Source: Nageia nagi
Lineage: Eukaryota > Plantae > Pinophyta
DNA: 64,000 nucleotides
Assembly: GCA_050084985.1 (NCBI GenBank)
Contig: JBITNC010000002.1
Location: forward strand, 3,844,001 to 3,908,000
Direction: 5' to 3'
Positions within the stretch are counted from its first letter, which is position 1. Each line of letters starts with the position of its first letter. A model generated the notes under the pieces. That model made no database searches. It saw only the letters and a program-made list of their open reading frames with translations, and was not told the DNA's origin. The translations under genes were made by a program, and so were the position numbers. Positions 62,523-64,000 of this stretch are shown here, piece after piece.

Positions 62523-64000
62523 TGTCATGACCCACCTCAAGACACTATTTGACCTTGAGTACCATTGAGAATTTGAATGAATTATGTTTGCATAATACTA
62601 TGTTAATGACAAGTTTGATATGGGAATATGTATCATTTGTGACAATTTGATATTGGCTTCAAGATGTTTTGACACAGGTCATAGAGTGGAGAAGCAACCC
62701 AAAGACCCTATGAACCAAAGGTGAATTGGTGATGGAAATGAAAGGATAAGAGGAGGAAATGATTGGCGTTGAATCGTTGACACACCCTATGACCATAGTA
62801 AATCATGTAGATGATTGTAGAATAATTATTGTGATTATTTAATTCTTGATGAAAATATATTTGCAAAAATATATGGATTAACCTTACTCTACAAGATGAG
62901 GTGATCATCGTAGGTAAAGATGTGTTTTCCCTTGTTTGGTATTTTTGAAATTCAAATTTTGAAATAGAGGGAAAAAGGGGATATGCCTTGAGTTAAATTT
63001 GAAAATTATTATAAGGTTAGAAAAATAAATTTAATGAGGTAAAAGTTGAATATGAGTGTCCATATTGTTGCCACATAGGGCTAAGAGTAAAACCATTATT
63101 AGATAGAAACTATGGTCTCTTTATGGTATGACATGATATTTAATAGCTAAGAAAATAATAGAGAAATGACCCTACTTAGTTTTGTATTTTTGTGTTAGGT
63201 GTGGATAAAATTTGGTACTAAATTGTTAGCTAATGAAAAAGATTTCAAATATATAAATGCCATTATCATCATTTCTAATTTTAAGCAAACCTAACCCAAA
63301 ATTATTGAGGGTGTGAGGAGACATCCATTTGGACACATTTGAGTCCCTTGAGCTATACATAAAGGAGTAAAGCATTAGAAAAATGCCAACAATAACTACC
63401 TATCTATCTCTTGCTATTTTCATTTTATTTTGGTTATTCTCAAGCTTGGTGTAGAGTTACATGAAGAAAAGAAGTCTCTCTTTCCTCTTCAAGTTAAGGT
63501 GCATTCTTTTACATTTTTTAGTCCTATTTTGAGATATGTAATATGATGTTTATCATATTTTTTGGTAAAGCTTCATAGAATTAATGATTGTTAGAAGTGT
63601 TGAACCATTTGCAGAGACATAGTGGTTCTTTTATTTACAAATTGTTACCATGCCATTTTCTTTAAAAAGTAAAGGAGTGGGATTTTCTTTTGTTATTATT
63701 ATTATTTTTTAAATATAGAGATAAAAAAATTTCACGTAAAAATTGTATTATGATATTTTAAAGAGACTAGTCAAATATTACCCCTTATGCCTTTAGTTAG
63801 AATTTAATAAATTTATTTTGACATAAATTTTATTAAATTCTTAATATAATATTTATTATAATATTTGATAAAGTTTCATATAATTAATTATTGATTGAAG
63901 TGTTGTAGAATTTGAAAATACATAATGGTCATTTCATTTAAAAGATGGTACCATGTCATTTTCTTTTAAAAAATAGAGTGGAATTTTCTTTCGTTATTCT
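62523..64000 (+). mobile_element. Second copy of the long LTR (runs off the window), inverted relative to 35092-36577
   Basis: Starts TGTCATGACCCACCTCAAGAC. Collinear reverse-complement match to 36577-35092 over ~1.5 kb, clearly diverged. Confidence 0.9.

Noticed and set aside
35092-64000. Giant TIR element defined by the 1.5-kb inverted repeat
   Set aside because: The repeats have LTR-type TGTCATGACCC starts at their inner edges and an adjacent PPT-like tract. They are two LTR copies.

Overview
AT-rich, CpG-depleted eukaryotic DNA, most likely a large-genome land plant (the PPR and LTR styles suggest a gymnosperm; inference). I find no intact host gene. The window is a nested transposable-element graveyard. 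Left to right: an LTR-like remnant; a truncated LTR+PBS; a LINE ORF1 remnant; a degenerate Gypsy element (-); an orphan CACTA left arm (12193-~13710); a non-autonomous CACTA (13968-25340, TSD GAT) holding a non-coding LTR element (19811-24427); Copia debris; a long Gypsy-type LTR (30774-36577) holding a young 1.8-kb non-coding LTR element (31379-33154, TSD GTTGT); two back-to-back Copia pieces; a 15.9-kb Mutator-like element (44747-60664); PPR debris; and a second, inverted copy of the long LTR. Two things stand out. (1) The CACTA arms are built from PLS-class PPR coding motifs, amplified into a 111-bp (37-codon) tandem array and arranged as inverted arms. (2) The MULE carries a transposase resembling the Arabidopsis AT1G60560/AT4G13970 SWIM genes plus a convergent accessory gene (C2H2 finger, TnpA-like domain, and a domain resembling the uncharacterised C-terminus of the AT3G11760/AT5G04860 family, possibly a cysteine protease). 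All homology calls are by-eye translation and recall, not database searches.
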